Positions 38,801-51,572 of a stretch of DNA of 64,000 bases are shown piece by piece. The first letter of the stretch is position 1. Each line of letters begins with the position of its first letter. The notes below the pieces were generated by a model, which did not search any database, was not told the origin of the DNA, and saw nothing but the letters and a program-made list of their open reading frames with translations. A program made the translations under genes and the position numbers. Source of the DNA: Squalus acanthias (lineage: Eukaryota); the NCBI GenBank assembly GCA_030390025.1, contig CM059433.1, positions 25,422,001 to 25,486,000 on the forward strand, read 5' to 3'.

Positions 38801-39983
38801 TGAGAAGGGAAACTGAAAGCAATGAAGATGAACAATGTTGAAGAGCCAAACGGAGATCCCGTTGAAGAGAAGAGCAGAACTTCTTCAGGGTGGGCATTCC
38901 TAGAAGAGAAGTGGCAGGTGAACCAAACACTGATACAATAGCGAAATACTGCGGATGCTGGAAATCTGAATTAACAACAGAAAGCGCTGGAAAAACTCAG
39001 CAGGCCAGGCAACATCCATGGAGAGAGAAACAGAGTTAACGTTTCAGGTCGAAGACCCTTCGTCAGAACTGAGAAAAAAGCAGGAAATGAAACAGATGAA
39101 AAAGCAAGTTTGGGGGCTGGGGGAGGGAATAAAAGAACAAAAGGGAAGGTCTGTGAGAAGTAAAGAGACATTAAGAGATATTCAAGGCGCGAGATGGTAA
39201 TAGGACAGGTTAAGAAACAAAAGATGGCTCTAGATGAAGTGTGAAATGCGCTGGCAGAATGAAAGACAGCTGCCATACTGTATTCGCTGCTCACGATGTG
39301 GTCTCCTCTACATTGGGGAGACCAAACGCAGATTGGGTGACCGCTTTGCGGAACACCTCCGTTCAGTCCGTAAGGGTGAGCCCGAGCTTCCGGTCGCCTG
39401 TCATTTTAACTCACCGCTCCACGCCCACTCAGACCTCACCATCCTCGGCCTCTTGCATTGTTCCACAGAAGCTCAGCGTAAGCTTGAGGAACAGCACCTC
39501 ATCTTCCGATTAAGCACTTTACAGCCTTCCGGACTCAATATCGAGTTCAACAATTTCAGATCATAACCTCGGCCCCTACCACATTTATATATTTTTTATC
39601 CACACTTTTGGTTCGTGCCTTTTCCTTTTTTTTCTCTCTTCCACATGGCAGCTGTCTTTCATCCTGCCAGCGCATTTCACACTTCATCTAGAGCCACCTT
39701 TTGTTTCTTAACCTGTCCTATTACCATCTCGTCTCGCCTTGAATATCTCTTAATGTCTCTTTACTTCTCACAGACCTTCCCTTTTGTTCTTTTATTCCCT
39801 CCCCCAGCCTCCAACTTCATCTGTTTCATTTCCTGCTTTTTTCTCAGTTCTGACGAAGGGTCTTCGACCTGAAACGTTAACTCTGTTTCTCTCTCCACGG
39901 ATGTTGCCTGGCCTGCTGAGTTTTTCCAGTGCTTTCTGTTGTTATTTCAGTTTTCCAGCATCCGCAGTATTTTGCTATTGTGC
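35803..39983 (-). mobile_element. Near full-length Penelope-like retroelement (RT + GIY-YIG, Neptune-like) with tandem and inverted pLTRs
   Basis: KPADKG, LPKIHK, GRPIVS, MDVQSLYT, GVAMGTRMGPSYA, YIDD; Cys-rich linker FPCKRRRCNTC; GIY-YIG CSRCGLLYIGET; 15-bp TSD cacattactttgtat at 35788-35802 and 39984-39998. Confidence 0.93.
39845..39884 (+). ncRNA. Hammerhead ribozyme core (further copies on the - strand at about 35862-35902 and 39032-39072)
   Basis: agtt-CTGACGA-agg-gtcttcga-cct-GAAA-cgtt-aact gives stem I agtt/aact, stem II agg/cct and palindromic AACGTT. Confidence 0.75.
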
Positions 39984-40349
39984 CACATTACTTTGTATTC
40001 TAGGTATCACTTATTGACACTAGCTACTCAACGGGTTAAAATTGGACTACACATTTAAAAATTACTGCAAGGGATTTATTATTGTTTAGTGTTTTCCAAG
40101 TAGAAGAACAAGTTTTCATTCCTATTGATCTTTGTGAGTTTAGCAACATGGAAACTTCGCTGCACTGCTTAGATTACACAGATCAGATGAGTGACTAATT
40201 GAACAAATGTTTAAATTTCACACCGTTGAACAATCAGATCTTTACTGGTAATGTATATGCACTTAGCAAAGCCTTTGAATTCTAAACAGTGCAATCTGGT
40301 TTTGGTGAAGATTGAAAGCCTCCTTCGAAAGAAATACCTTGCATTTATA

Positions 40350-43300
40350 TAAGAACATAAGAACGTAAGAAATATGAACAGGAGTAGGCCATATGCCCAT
40401 CGAGCCTGCTCCACCATTCAATAAGATCATGGCTGAATTTCTACATCAACTCCACTTTCCCGCCCCTACCCATATCCCTTGATTCCCTTAGTACCCAAAA
40501 ATCTATTGATCTCAGTCTTGAATATACTCATCGGCTGACCATCCACAGATTCCAAAGATTCACAACCCTCTGAAATAAAAAGTTAAATAATAAGTCTTGC
40601 ATTTATATAGTGCCTTTCACGACCACCAGATGTCCCAAAGCATTTTACAGCCAATGAAGTACTTTTGAAGTGTAGTCACTGTTGTAATGTAGGACACGCG
40701 GCAGCCAATTTGCGCACAGCAAGATCCCACAAACAGCAATGCGATAATCTTTTTTTTTGTTAAGTTGATTGATGGATAAGTATCAGCCAGGACACCGGGG
40801 ATAACTCCCCTGTTCTTCTTTGAAATAGTGCCATGGGATCTTTTATATCCACTTGAGAGAGCAGACAGGGCCTTGGTTTAATATCTCATCTGAAAGACGG
40901 CACCTCTGACAGTGCAGCGCTCCCTCAGTACTGCACTGGAGTGTCATCCTAGATTTTTGTGCTCAAGTCTCTGGAGCAGGACTTGAACCCACAACCTTCT
41001 GACTCAGAGGTGAGAGTGCTACCAACTGAGCTATGCATCTCAGTCCTAAATGGCAGACCCCTTATCCTGAGACTATGTCCCCTAGTTTCAGACTCTCCTG
41101 CCAGCGGAAACAATCTCTCAACATCTACCCTCTCAAGCCCTCTAAGAATTTTATACATTTCAATAAGATCACCTCTCATTCTTTTAAACTCCAGGAGGAT
41201 GCAAAAAGGCTTCAAGGGGATATAGACAGGCTAAGTGAATGGGCAAGAACATGGCAAATGGAATATAATGTGGAGAAATGTGAAGTTATCCACTTTGGTA
41301 GGAAAAATAGAAAAGTATTTTTTAAATGGTGAGAGATTGGGAAATATTGGTGTTCAGAGGGACCTGGGTGTCCTTGCACACGAATCACTGAAAGTTAACA
41401 TGTAGGTAGAGCAAGCAATTAGGAAAGCAAATGGTATGTTGGTCTTTATTATAAGAGGATTTGAGTATAAGAGTAAAGACGTCTTACTGCAATTATACAG
41501 GGCCCTGGCGAGACCACACCTGGAGTATTGTGTACAGTTTTCGTCTCCTTACCTATGGAAGGATATACTTGCCATAGAGGGAGTGCAACGAAGGTTCACC
41601 AGACTGATTCATGGGATGGGGGGGATTGTCGTATGAGGAGAGATTGAGTAGACTAGGCCTATATTCTCTAGAGTTTAGAAGAATGAGAGGTGATCTCATT
41701 GAAACATACAAAATTCTTATAAGCTTGACAGGGTAGATGCAGGGAGGATGTTTCCCCTGGCTGGGGAGTCTAAAACCAAGGGTCACAGTCTCAGAATAAG
41801 GGGTCGGCCATTTAGGACTGAGATGAGGAGAAATTTCTTCACTCAGAGGGTGGTGAGTCTTTGGAATTCTCTACCCCAGAGGGCTGTGGAGGCTCAGTTG
41901 TTGAGTATATTCAAGACAGAGATCGATAGATTTTTGAATATTAAGGGGATCAAGGGATATGGGGATAGTGCAGGAAAGTGGAGATGAGGTAGAAGATCAG
42001 CCATGATCTTATTGAATGGCAGAGCAGGCTCGAAGGGCCAAATGGCCTACTCCTGCTCCTATTTCTTATGTTCTTATGTTCTTATCCCAAGAATCACCTC
42101 TCATCCCAAGAATCAATCTAGTGAACCTTCGATGCAACCCCTCTGAGGCATGTATATCCTTCCATAGGTACGGAGACCAAAACTGTACACAGTACTCCAG
42201 GTGTGGTCTCACCAAAGCTTATATCATTGCAGCAAGACTTCCTTACTCTTATACTCCAACCCCCTTGCAATAACGGCTAACATAGTATTTGCCTTCCTAA
42301 CTGCTTGCTGTACCTGCATGTTAACTTTCTGTGATTCATGTACAAATCTCTCTGAATACCAACATTTACTAGTCTCTCACCTTCAAAACATATTCTGCTT
42401 TTCCTTTCTTCCTGCCAAAGTGGATAATTTCACACTTCCCCACATTATACTCCATCTGCCACCTTATTGCCAAATCACTTTACCTATCTATATCCCTTTG
42501 CAGCCTCTTTGCTTCCTCCTCACAGCTTACTTCCTCGCCTAGCTTTGTATCATCAGCAAACTTGGATATATTACACTTAGTCCCCTCTTCTAAGTCATTG
42601 ATATCGATTGTGAATAGCTGAGGCCCAAGCACTGACCCTTGCGGCACCCCACTATTTACAGCCTGCCGATCCGAAAATGACCCATTTATTCCTACTCTCT
42701 GTTTTCTGCCCATTAACTAATCCTTGATCCATGCTACTATATTACCCCCAATCCCATGAGCCCTAATCTTGTGTAACAACCTCCTGTGTAGCACCTTATC
42801 GAATGTCTTATGAAAATGCAAATATACAACATCCACTGGTTCCCCCTTTTCTACGCTGATAGTTACACCCTCAAAAAATTCTAATAGATTTGTCAAACAT
42901 GATTTCCCTTTCATAAAACCATGTTGACTCTGCCTAATCATATTTTGATTTTACAAGTGCCCTGTTACCACGTCCTTAATAATAGGTTATAGCAATTTCC
43001 TTACTACTGATGTCAGGCGAAGTGACCTATAGTTCCCTGTTTTCTCTTTCCCTCCATTCTTGAAATGCGGGGTTATGTTTGCTACCTTCCAATCCACAGG
43101 AACCGTTGCTACCTTCCAATCCACAATCCACGTTCTAGAATCTAGGGAATTCTGGAAGATCAAAACCAATGCAGCTACTATGTAGCAGCCACCTCTTTTA
43201 AAACCCTAGGGTGTAGGCCATCAGATCCGGGGATTTGTCAGCTTTTAGTCCCATTAATTATTCCAGTATTTTTTCTTTATTAATATTAATTACTTTAACT

Positions 43301-44010
43301 TCCTCACTCTCATTAGATCCTTCCTTCCCCACAATATGTTCTTTGTGTCCTCTAATGTGAAGACAGACACAAAACATTTGTTTAACATCTCTGCGATATC
43401 CTTATTCCCCATTACAATTTCTCTTGTCTCTACCTCTAAGGGACCCACGTTTACGTTCATTAATCTCTTCCTTTTTATATATTTGTAAAAGCTCTTACAA
43501 TCTGTTTTTATATTTATTGCTAGTTTACTCTTATATTCTATTTTCTCCCTCTTTATTAATTTCTTGGTCATCCTTTGCTGCTTTTTAACCCCCCCCCCCC
43601 CCACCCCCCACCAATCCTTAGGCTTACTCCTCTTCTTGGAAACATTGTAAGCTTTTTCTTTTAATCTAGTACTATCCTTAACTTCTCTAGTTAGCCATGG
43701 CTGTACCATTTTTATTCCTCAAATGAATGTATGTTTGTTGAGAATTATGAATTATTTCTTTAAATGTTTGCCATTGTTTATCTACTATTATATCTTTTAA
43801 TCTAATTTCCCAAACTACCTCAGCCAACTCACCCCCGTACCTCCATAAATTTAAGTCCCTAGTTTTGTACTTAACCACATCACTCTTAAACTTAATGTGA
43901 AATTCTATCATATTATGATTACTCTACCCCAGAGGATCCTTTACTATAAGATTATTAATTAACCCTGTCTTATTACACAATACTAGATTTAAAATAACTT
44001 GTTTCCTAGT
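40350..44010. mobile_element. CR1 LINE (-) with nested DeuSINE (about 40590-41033, -) and nested + strand CR1 3' fragment (about 41195-42085)
   Basis: Minus-strand ORFs with GVPQGSVLGP, FADDTK and QHGFMKGKSCLTNL; plus-strand RPHLEYCVQF..TKGHSLR with a ttcttatg tandem tail. Confidence 0.85.
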
Positions 44011-44565
44011 TGGTTATAGTGCCTTTCACATCCCCCAGGATGCAACTTAGTGTTTCACAGCCAATGCATTACCTTTGATATATAATGATTTTGTGATATA
44101 GCATAACCGGCAGCCAATTTGCATACAGCAAGGTTCCACAAACAGCAATGACACAAATGGCATGTTAATCTTTTTTTTTTTTTGGCATTAGTTGAGGGAT
44201 ACATGTTGGCCAGGAATCCTTTACATCCACCTGAGCAGATAGGACCTAGGTTTAACATCTCATCTGAAAGACAACACCTTTGACCAGGCAGCTGTCCCTT
44301 GGTACTGCACTGAAGTGTCAGCCTAGATCATCTGTGCAAGTTCTGAGGAAGTATTTAATTTCCTCAGAGCTGCTCCCACTCTGCCACCGTAACTTCGTCA
44401 GAAGTGCAGCAGAAACCCCACTTAGGCAGTTTCCACTGTACTTCTGGCAAAGTTACAGCAGCAGTACAGGAGCAGCTCCAAGGACACGCCTGGCCTTGGA
44501 GTGTGGCTTAAACCTGCAATCTTCTGACTCAGACGCGAGAGGGCAACCACTGAGACAAAGTTGAC
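44010..44565 (-). mobile_element. Diverged DeuSINE copy
   Basis: Colinear with 40590-41033, with an internal insertion. Confidence 0.6.
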
Positions 44566-44862
44566 TACAATTGTTCTCGTTACGCATCTGTCTAACTCAA
44601 CTAATGTCTGCAGTAAATTATAGTGACAGCTTTCATCTGTCCAAATATTGCGAGTGGGTGGTGGGGAACCAGTGCTGCAATCAGGAACCTAGCCTAACCT
44701 ATCCCAAAGAATCATCATCAAGTCGCTGTGCCAGAAAGATGGGCATAGATTTACGATTAAATGTAAGAGGTTGAGAACAGAGAGAAGAAGGAACCTATTT
44801 ACACAGTGGTCTGTGAAGCTGTGGAATTCACTGCCAGAGTGAGTGACTGAAGCAGAGACTGA

Positions 44863-46649
44863 GGCCGGAATTTTACCGCCGCTCAGAGTGCGGGTTTGGA
44901 GGCGGGTCTGCTGTCAAAAGCACAAAGATTGACAGCGGGTCGGTATCCCGCTGTAAACCCGCCTCCTTGTCAGTTTCCCAAGTGTCGGGTCTGTCATCCC
45001 TGAACAGACCCAACACCAAGCGGCGGGTCAGACAATTTAGATACTTCAAATCTTGTTAAGAGGTTAAGCACCATTTCCCCATGTACTTAACATTTTACCA
45101 GGTTTTTAACCAGGTTCCCGGAGAGCGGGTATCACGTCAGGTAAGTATGTCGTGTTCTCAATGACTCTCCATTGCTGTGAATAGGTGACAGATGCAAAAG
45201 TTGTATAAAACCTACTATTTCACAGCTGTACACTTCCCAATCTTAGAAGCTGGAGCCTTCATGATTTGGAACCCACTTTTGAGCTTTATGCAGTTTGGAA
45301 GTGTTTAGAGTAAACTCTCTATCCACTGTCACCTCCTTGGAGCAAGCTCTCTCACCATTGACAGATCGCTTCTGTCATCTCAAATTCAGCTGCCATCTAT
45401 TCCAGCAGCATCAGTACCCTTGAAAAAAATCTCACCTTGGTCCTCAGAATCCCACCACGATCAGCCCCAACACCAACATCACCAGGCACACCAGCATCAC
45501 CAACAACAACATCAACCATCTCCGCAATCACCTGATGCTGCACAGGACTCAGGGCATCAGCACCTGACAACATTGCTGCCCGGGAGGCCAGCGATGGCAT
45601 CACCATGGCCAGATTTACTTCACTTGATGCTGTACACCCTGGATGCCAGATGATGCACTAGGTTGGCACCACCCCACACCAGCACCATAAAGCATCCCTA
45701 CAATGCCCAAGCCATTCCTTTCACACTCATCACCATTGCGGGGGGTACCGTTATGTCTTACCATTCACTGCAACTCACTAAGCCACTTCCAAAGGTGCGC
45801 ACAAATCTGTCCAAGAAGGCAAAGTGTGGAAAATAAAGATTTCAATGTTTTGCAACACATCAACAGAAACGTCACATGAACATTGGCGAAAACACCCAAG
45901 TGCCTAGCCTTGTGTGTTGTTAGTTGGTATGATTGGACTAGGATGAGGGTGGGTGTGAGGGGTGGCTAGTGAGATGGGGAAGCGATAATGTAGATAGAGA
46001 GGGATGGGTGGAGGTGCAAGGTAAGTTGGTGTGAGTAAGGATGTGCAGGAGTAGGGTAGGGAAGGCAGAGTGATGGGGATGTGATGAGTGGTACAGCAGG
46101 ATGAGGTTGAGTGTAGCTTTGCAGTAACGTTTCATGAACTAATGGGATCATTGAAAGGTTTGTGCCACTGCAGCCTGGTCCTCCTGACCACATCCCTGCT
46201 TATGCCCTCCTGTGCAATGTGCAACCAGGCTGCTTTGGCATCCTGGGATGGTCTCTTCCACCCATTAGAAGTGAAGAGAACCTCCTTGCGTGCTGTGACT
46301 CCTTCTATAAGCATATGGAGGGAGTCATGGGAGAGCCTGGATGTAGCTGTGCACCTCTGTGCAGTGCTTGTCAGTGTTTGTAGCACCTCAATGCTGTAGA
46401 ACACTGACAGCACAACTGTCAAAATGAATGTGGACATGGCCCCTTTAAGGAAACCAGCTGATGATGCGTCATCAAATGATGTCATCAGACCTGCTTCCTT
46501 TTAATTGGCCAGGAATCTCGCAGGGCGGGCTTAACAAGCCCAATCAACGGAAAATTCTTCTCGCACAGCGGGATGGAACCGAGAGCGGGTCACCGTCCAC
46601 CACCTACCTCGGCTGCACTTAGCCTGCCTCGGTAGGCAAAATTGCTGCC
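44863..46649 (-). mobile_element. Harbinger deletion derivative, same family as 28678-30358, inverted; lies inside a CR1 tail
   Basis: Imperfect TIRs ggccggaatttt / aaaattgctgcc; Myb remnant SRLSHDSL..RKEVLF..AAWLHIAQE; extensive similarity to 28678-30358. Confidence 0.85.
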
Positions 46650-47941
46650 TATGTCAACATTTAATAATAGGTTAGATAGGTGGTTGAAGGAATGAGGAAT
46701 AATGGGATCTGGGAGTAGAGCAGGCACATAGGATTAGGACCACTGCTCATGTGGAGCATAAACAGCAGTATTGACTGGTTGGCCGAATGGCTTTTTTCCA
46801 TGTTGTAACTTCTATGTAATTTTATTTATAATTTAGCTGTGTTAAAAATGGGTTATAGCTGCCCTGATTCCACAGTCGGTAAATGCACTATGTGGTACTG
46901 AGCCAGAGTCATTTCCTGGTCTGTGCTAAGTTTGCTGTTTTCAGCCTGGGCAGAGGTATGGCGATAAAATGGGTCTCTTTCAGTGGGAAATGGAGGGGAA
47001 AAATTCAGCTTGGGTTCGCATTCACCTTTGCTGTTCAATGAGTCCTGGAATCATAGAATGATACAACACAGAAGAAGGCTGTTAGGTAGAGCTATCCAAT
47101 AACCCCATTACCCCACTCTTTCCCCATAGCACTGTAATTCTTTTCCTTTTCCAGTATTTATCGAATTTCCTTTTGAAAGTTATTATTGAATCTGCTTCCA
47201 CCACCCTTTCAGGCAGTGCATTCCAGATCAAACCAACTCGTTGTGCAAAAAAATGATTCCTCATGTCGCTTCTGGTTCTTTTGCCAATCACTTTAAATCC
47301 GTGTCCTCTAGTTGCCGACCCTGGAAACAGTTTTTCTTTATTTACACTATTAGGACCAATCATGATTTTGAACACCTCTATCAAATCTCCTCTTAACCTT
47401 CTCTGCTCTAAGGAGAACAACCCCAGCTTCTCCAGTCTCTCAACGTAACTGAAGTCCCTCATCCCTGGTACCATTCCAGTAAATCTCTTTGCAGTCTCTC
47501 TAAGGCCTTGACATCCTTCCTAAAGTGTTGTGCCCAGAATTGGACACAATACTACAGCTGAGGCCTAACCAGAGATTTATAAAGGTTTCAGCATAAATTC
47601 CTTGCTTTTGCACTCTATGAGGGAAAAATTTGGTATCGACCATTTTGGGGTGCTAACTTTAGCGCCCGGCGCTAAGAGCGTAAAATTGAGTTTTAGCGCC
47701 CCAAGAGGGAAGTGGAGCACTAAATCAAGTGCTACACACTTTTCTTAGGGTGCTAATGTCGCAGAGCGGGGCGATACCTTCAGAGCGCTACTCAAGTTCC
47801 GGCGCTGTCAATTAGAGAGAGTCCTCAGACATACTGGTGCCTTCCAGTTCTTAAAGGGGCACTTCAATCATGCTGCACAGCCTCACTCTGATCATTGCTG
47901 CTTGTGAACTGGGCCTGCAAGGAGCCTTCATTCAAGCAACT

Positions 47942-49786
47942 GATGGCTGATCAGATGCCCAGAGAGAGAACGAGCCGGTTCAGCGACCACGCCTTGGAGG
48001 CTCTGGTCATGGCCAAGGAACGCCGACGGGCAGTGCTCTTCCCGGACACTGGCAGGAGGCCATTGCCACAGGTCTCTAGGAGGATGTGGAGGGAGGTCGC
48101 GCAGCACATGTCGGCCATAAGTGTGGTCCCCCGAACTCCCACCCAGTGCCGGAAGAAATTCAATGACCTCACTCAGATGCTCAGGGTGAGCAGATGCTTC
48201 AAAAACCTCTACATGCCACCATCTCAACCTCACTCTGTGCACACACTGTGTAAACCACCACATCCCCAACACTCACCCACCAGCTATACCCACCTACTAA
48301 AAGTGACATGCACGTCTCACGCCTTGCATACATTAACAGCCATTCAACTATGGTAGGCACATATGCCAAGCACATAGCTGCACACTCACTCACACCCTTT
48401 CCTTTTTCTTGCAGGCCAAGTTTGCTCACAACAGGAGGGAGCAGGTACGAACAGGAGGAGGTGAGGCGGACCTGCACCCTCTTACAGACCTGGAGGAGCG
48501 AGTGGGCCACATCATTGCCACCCAGGTCGTGGGCGCTGTGGCCGTCGGAGATGTCGACCCCCCTTGGGGACAACAACGGTATGTTCATCTCCGCTCCCTC
48601 TTCTCTCATACCACTTGCCCCTCACACCACAAGCCTTTCCCACTTTCCATCTAAGTATACTGTCTCCATTCCTTGCTCCCTTCCTGCCCCCCTCCCCTGA
48701 CCTTAAACCCACTCTTGTGCCTTTATGCTTCCCGATAATCAGCCACCACATGATCAGCCTGTCCCTCAGCCCCCAAGTGCCAGCAACGCGGGAGAGGAGG
48801 AGGAAGAACAAGCCAGAGCCTCACTGCCTGTGTCTCCTGAAGGCGCTACGTCCGATAATGGGGTGACGCGGTCGCTGGAGGGGAGCCTAGTACATGGGTC
48901 TGATGTGGATGAAGCCCTGGGACCCAGCGGGCTGCAGCAACGCCCCGGGGAAAGGGAAGCTCGGGGCCCATCTCCTTGGAGGGTGAGTTCGCGCGCGAGT
49001 TCTGCTGCACAGGACTCAGATGAGGACCTCGATGTGGAGGCGATGACCTCACGGGCAATGGGCATGCACACTGAACTCATGGGTGCAATGGCAAGAGTGC
49101 CCGAGAGCATGGATGCACTGGCTAGGAGCGTGGAGGAGCCCACCTCCAGCATTGTACTCATCTCTGTGCACACCATCGGGCCCATCCTAGGCAGTTTGCA
49201 AAGGATGGTCGACTCGCAGAGAGACCGTGGGGACTCAGACCTCATGCCACATGTCATGGGTGAGGTGGCAGCAGCTATTGCAGCACAGGCCGAAGCAACG
49301 CAATGGCTTCATGCTGTAATGGAGTCAGTGGTTGCTGGCATCCAATCTCAGACTGCTCTCATGCAGTCTCAGATTGATGCCACGCAAGCGCTGACTGCTG
49401 CCATCATCGCTGGGTCACCCACAGTCCACCGGGGATCTCATGGTGCCGCAGCAGGCCAGCAATCTGTGCTTGAGCAGATTGCTCCGGATGCTGAGGTTCT
49501 GCCCCAGGGGAGTGGCAGTGTGTCGGTCGAGCAGGAAGGTGCTGTCCTCTCTCAGGATGACAGCATTCCTGCTCCCACCACTGCCACTCCGCCATTGCAC
49601 TTGCCGCAGCCTGTAACCCAGTCATCCCAGACTGCTGCCGCCAATGCTGAGGTGGTGCAGTCTACAGCCGGGCCTTCCAGGCCCAGAGGTGGCCAAGGGT
49701 GTCCTGCCAGGTCATCTGCAGTCTCTGGCTCCCAGACACAGCAGCCTTGCTACAGCCACTGGGGCCACATTACGGGGGAGCAGTAG
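47942..49786 (+). CDS. Harbinger Myb/SANT-like DNA-binding protein, 3 exons (about 47942-48185, 48415-48578, 48734-49786); probably damaged at the exon 2/3 junction
   Basis: RTSRFSDHALEALV..W.EVA..RTPTQCRKKFNDL; donor gtgagc at 48186; acceptor ttgcag at 48414; EQVRTGGG motif; donor gtatgt at 48579. Confidence 0.75.
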
Positions 49787-50082
49787 GGTTGGGAGGGGGA
49801 ACTCCAAAGGGGAGGGAAATCATTGAGGAAGGGGGAGTAAAGAATACTTTATTAGCAAATGGGGGTAGTGTGTGTTAATAAATTGATGTGTTTATAAATA
49901 TATTGTTGTGTTTCTTTATGAACAGTTGTATTTCATAAGAGAGAGTTGTGTTCGATAATAAACTGTTAATTTGACGTTGCACATTTTGTGATGTTTCTCA
50001 TTTGACCTTTGCCCGGTGATAGGGGCTGTGAGCTGGCTGTAATGATGTGGTTGTGCTGCGCAAACGCCATGTGATATCTCAT

Positions 50083-51288
50083 TTATTGGAAGCACTGTGT
50101 AATGAGACGATCACGAACAACCCTTGCAGAAGCAAGATTGAGTGGCTCCCTCCTCCATTGCTGCTGCTCCTCCTCCTCTTCATCTTCCTCCTCGGCTACG
50201 TCCTCCTCCTGTCCCTCTTCCTCCTCCTGTGGTGGACCTGCAATCCCTGGTGGCAATGGCTGGGCCCTCAGAATGGCCAGGTTGTGCAGCATGCAGCACA
50301 CAACAATGAAAACGGAGACTCGATCAGGGGAGTACTGCAGGGCTCCTCCAGAGCGGTCAAGGCAGCGGAACTGTTGCTTTACCACCCCGATAGTCTGTTC
50401 GATCAGGTTCCTGGTGGTGCTATGGCTGTCATTGTATGCGTGCTGAGCAGGAGTGTTGGGGTTGCGGAGGGGTGTCATCAGCCAGGTGGCGAGTGGATAA
50501 TCCTTGTCTCTGAGCAGCCAGCCATGAGCTTCACGTGGTGGGTGGAACAGTGCTGGGACACCAGTCTGTCTCAGGATGAATGCATCGTGGCTGCTGCCAG
50601 GATAGTGGGCATTGACAGCGAGGATGCGCTGTCTGTGGTCGCACACCAACTGAACATTCAGAGAGTGATAGCCTTTGCGGTTACGGAACACCTCTGCATT
50701 GTGATGATGTGCCCGCAATGTCACATGGGTGCAGTCAATGGCGCCCTGACCCATGGGGAAGCCCGCTATCCTTGCAAAGCCACATGAGCATTTATCCTGT
50801 TTCTCTCTGGTCATGGGGAATGAGATGTACTCCCTTCTCCTTCTGTAGAAAGTGTCTGTTACCTCCCGGATGCAGCAATGAATGGCAAACTGCGAAATGT
50901 TTGCAATATCCCCTGTTGAAGCCTGGAAGGAGCCACTGGCGTAGAAATTGAGAGCAACTGTGACCTTCACTGCCACCGACAGAGACGTCCTGGTCCTGAG
51001 CTGAGCCTGGAGCTCTGGCTGCAGGAGGTGGCAGAGCTCTGTGACCACCTCCTTGCTGAAGCGGAGCCTTCTAAGGCACGGCTCCTCTGAGAGGTGAATG
51101 TAGGAGAAGTGCTCCCGGAATACCATGGGAGGGTAAGGCTTCCTGTTGAGAGCCCTGTTGGCCCTCCTCCCTCTGGCCACGTTTTGTAATCTTTCTCTCT
51201 GCCTCCGCTGCCTCCGACAGTGAAGCTGGAGGGTGAGGTCCAGTGCCAGTACAGCCCCCATTAAATGATGGAAATGTTGCTCTATCAA
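50083..51288 (-). CDS. Harbinger (HARBI1-like) DDE transposase, uninterrupted 401-codon ORF
   Basis: [37 protein letters not shown] (normally GDKGY) and IEQTIG give the D-D-E triad. Confidence 0.92.
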   Translation of the reverse strand: MIEQHFHHLMGAVLALDLTLQLHCRRQRRQRERLQNVARGRRANRALNRKPYPPMVFREHFSYIHLSEEPCLRRLRFSKEVVTELCHLLQPELQAQLRTRTSLSVAVKVTVALNFYASGSFQASTGDIANISQFAIHCCIREVTDTFYRRRREYISFPMTREKQDKCSCGFARIAGFPMGQGAIDCTHVTLRAHHHNAEVFRNRKGYHSLNVQLVCDHRQRILAVNAHYPGSSHDAFILRQTGVPALFHPPREAHGWLLRDKDYPLATWLMTPLRNPNTPAQHAYNDSHSTTRNLIEQTIGVVKQQFRCLDRSGGALQYSPDRVSVFIVVCCMLHNLAILRAQPLPPGIAGPPQEEEEGQEEDVAEEEDEEEEEQQQWRREPLNLASARVVRDRLITQCFQ

Positions 51289-51438
51289 ATGTAACCCAAA
51301 TTAAAGTGATAAATGTTTCTCAGCCAGAATACTCCTTCAAGTTGAAAACGGTCAAATGGGTCAAAACGCCTGTCTGCTTGTGTCAAACTGACAAGGCAGC
51401 ATTGTTTGCCGACAAAAAAACACCCAGAAGTTGACTCC

Positions 51439-51572
51439 TTTATATAACGCTCCTCCAGCGCTCATCCGACTGCAAACCACCTCCCTGTACCTTTCGTTGT
51501 TAACGGCAGGCGCTCGGGAAGGGGGCGAGAGTGAATTTCTGAGCAGGGGCTTTGCGCACCCGGATGACGTCA
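51439..51572 (-). promoter_or_regulatory. Putative transposase promoter: CRE palindrome plus TATA box
   Basis: TGACGTCA at 51565-51572 and minus-strand TATATAAA at 51439-51446, about 150 bp upstream of the transposase ORF. Confidence 0.55.

Noticed and set aside
46855..47045. Possible ancient SINE remnant (ggtctgtgctaagtttgctg..tcagcc)
   Set aside because: Too degenerate to assign without a database search.
50047..50787. 246-aa + strand ORF with a poly-Leu 'transmembrane' stretch
   Set aside because: Antisense shadow of the Glu-rich transposase C-terminus.
50083..51288. Possible domesticated host gene HARBI1
   Set aside because: It lies within TIRs and a TSD, nested in CR1, paired with a Myb gene and has decayed relatives nearby, so it is a transposon copy.
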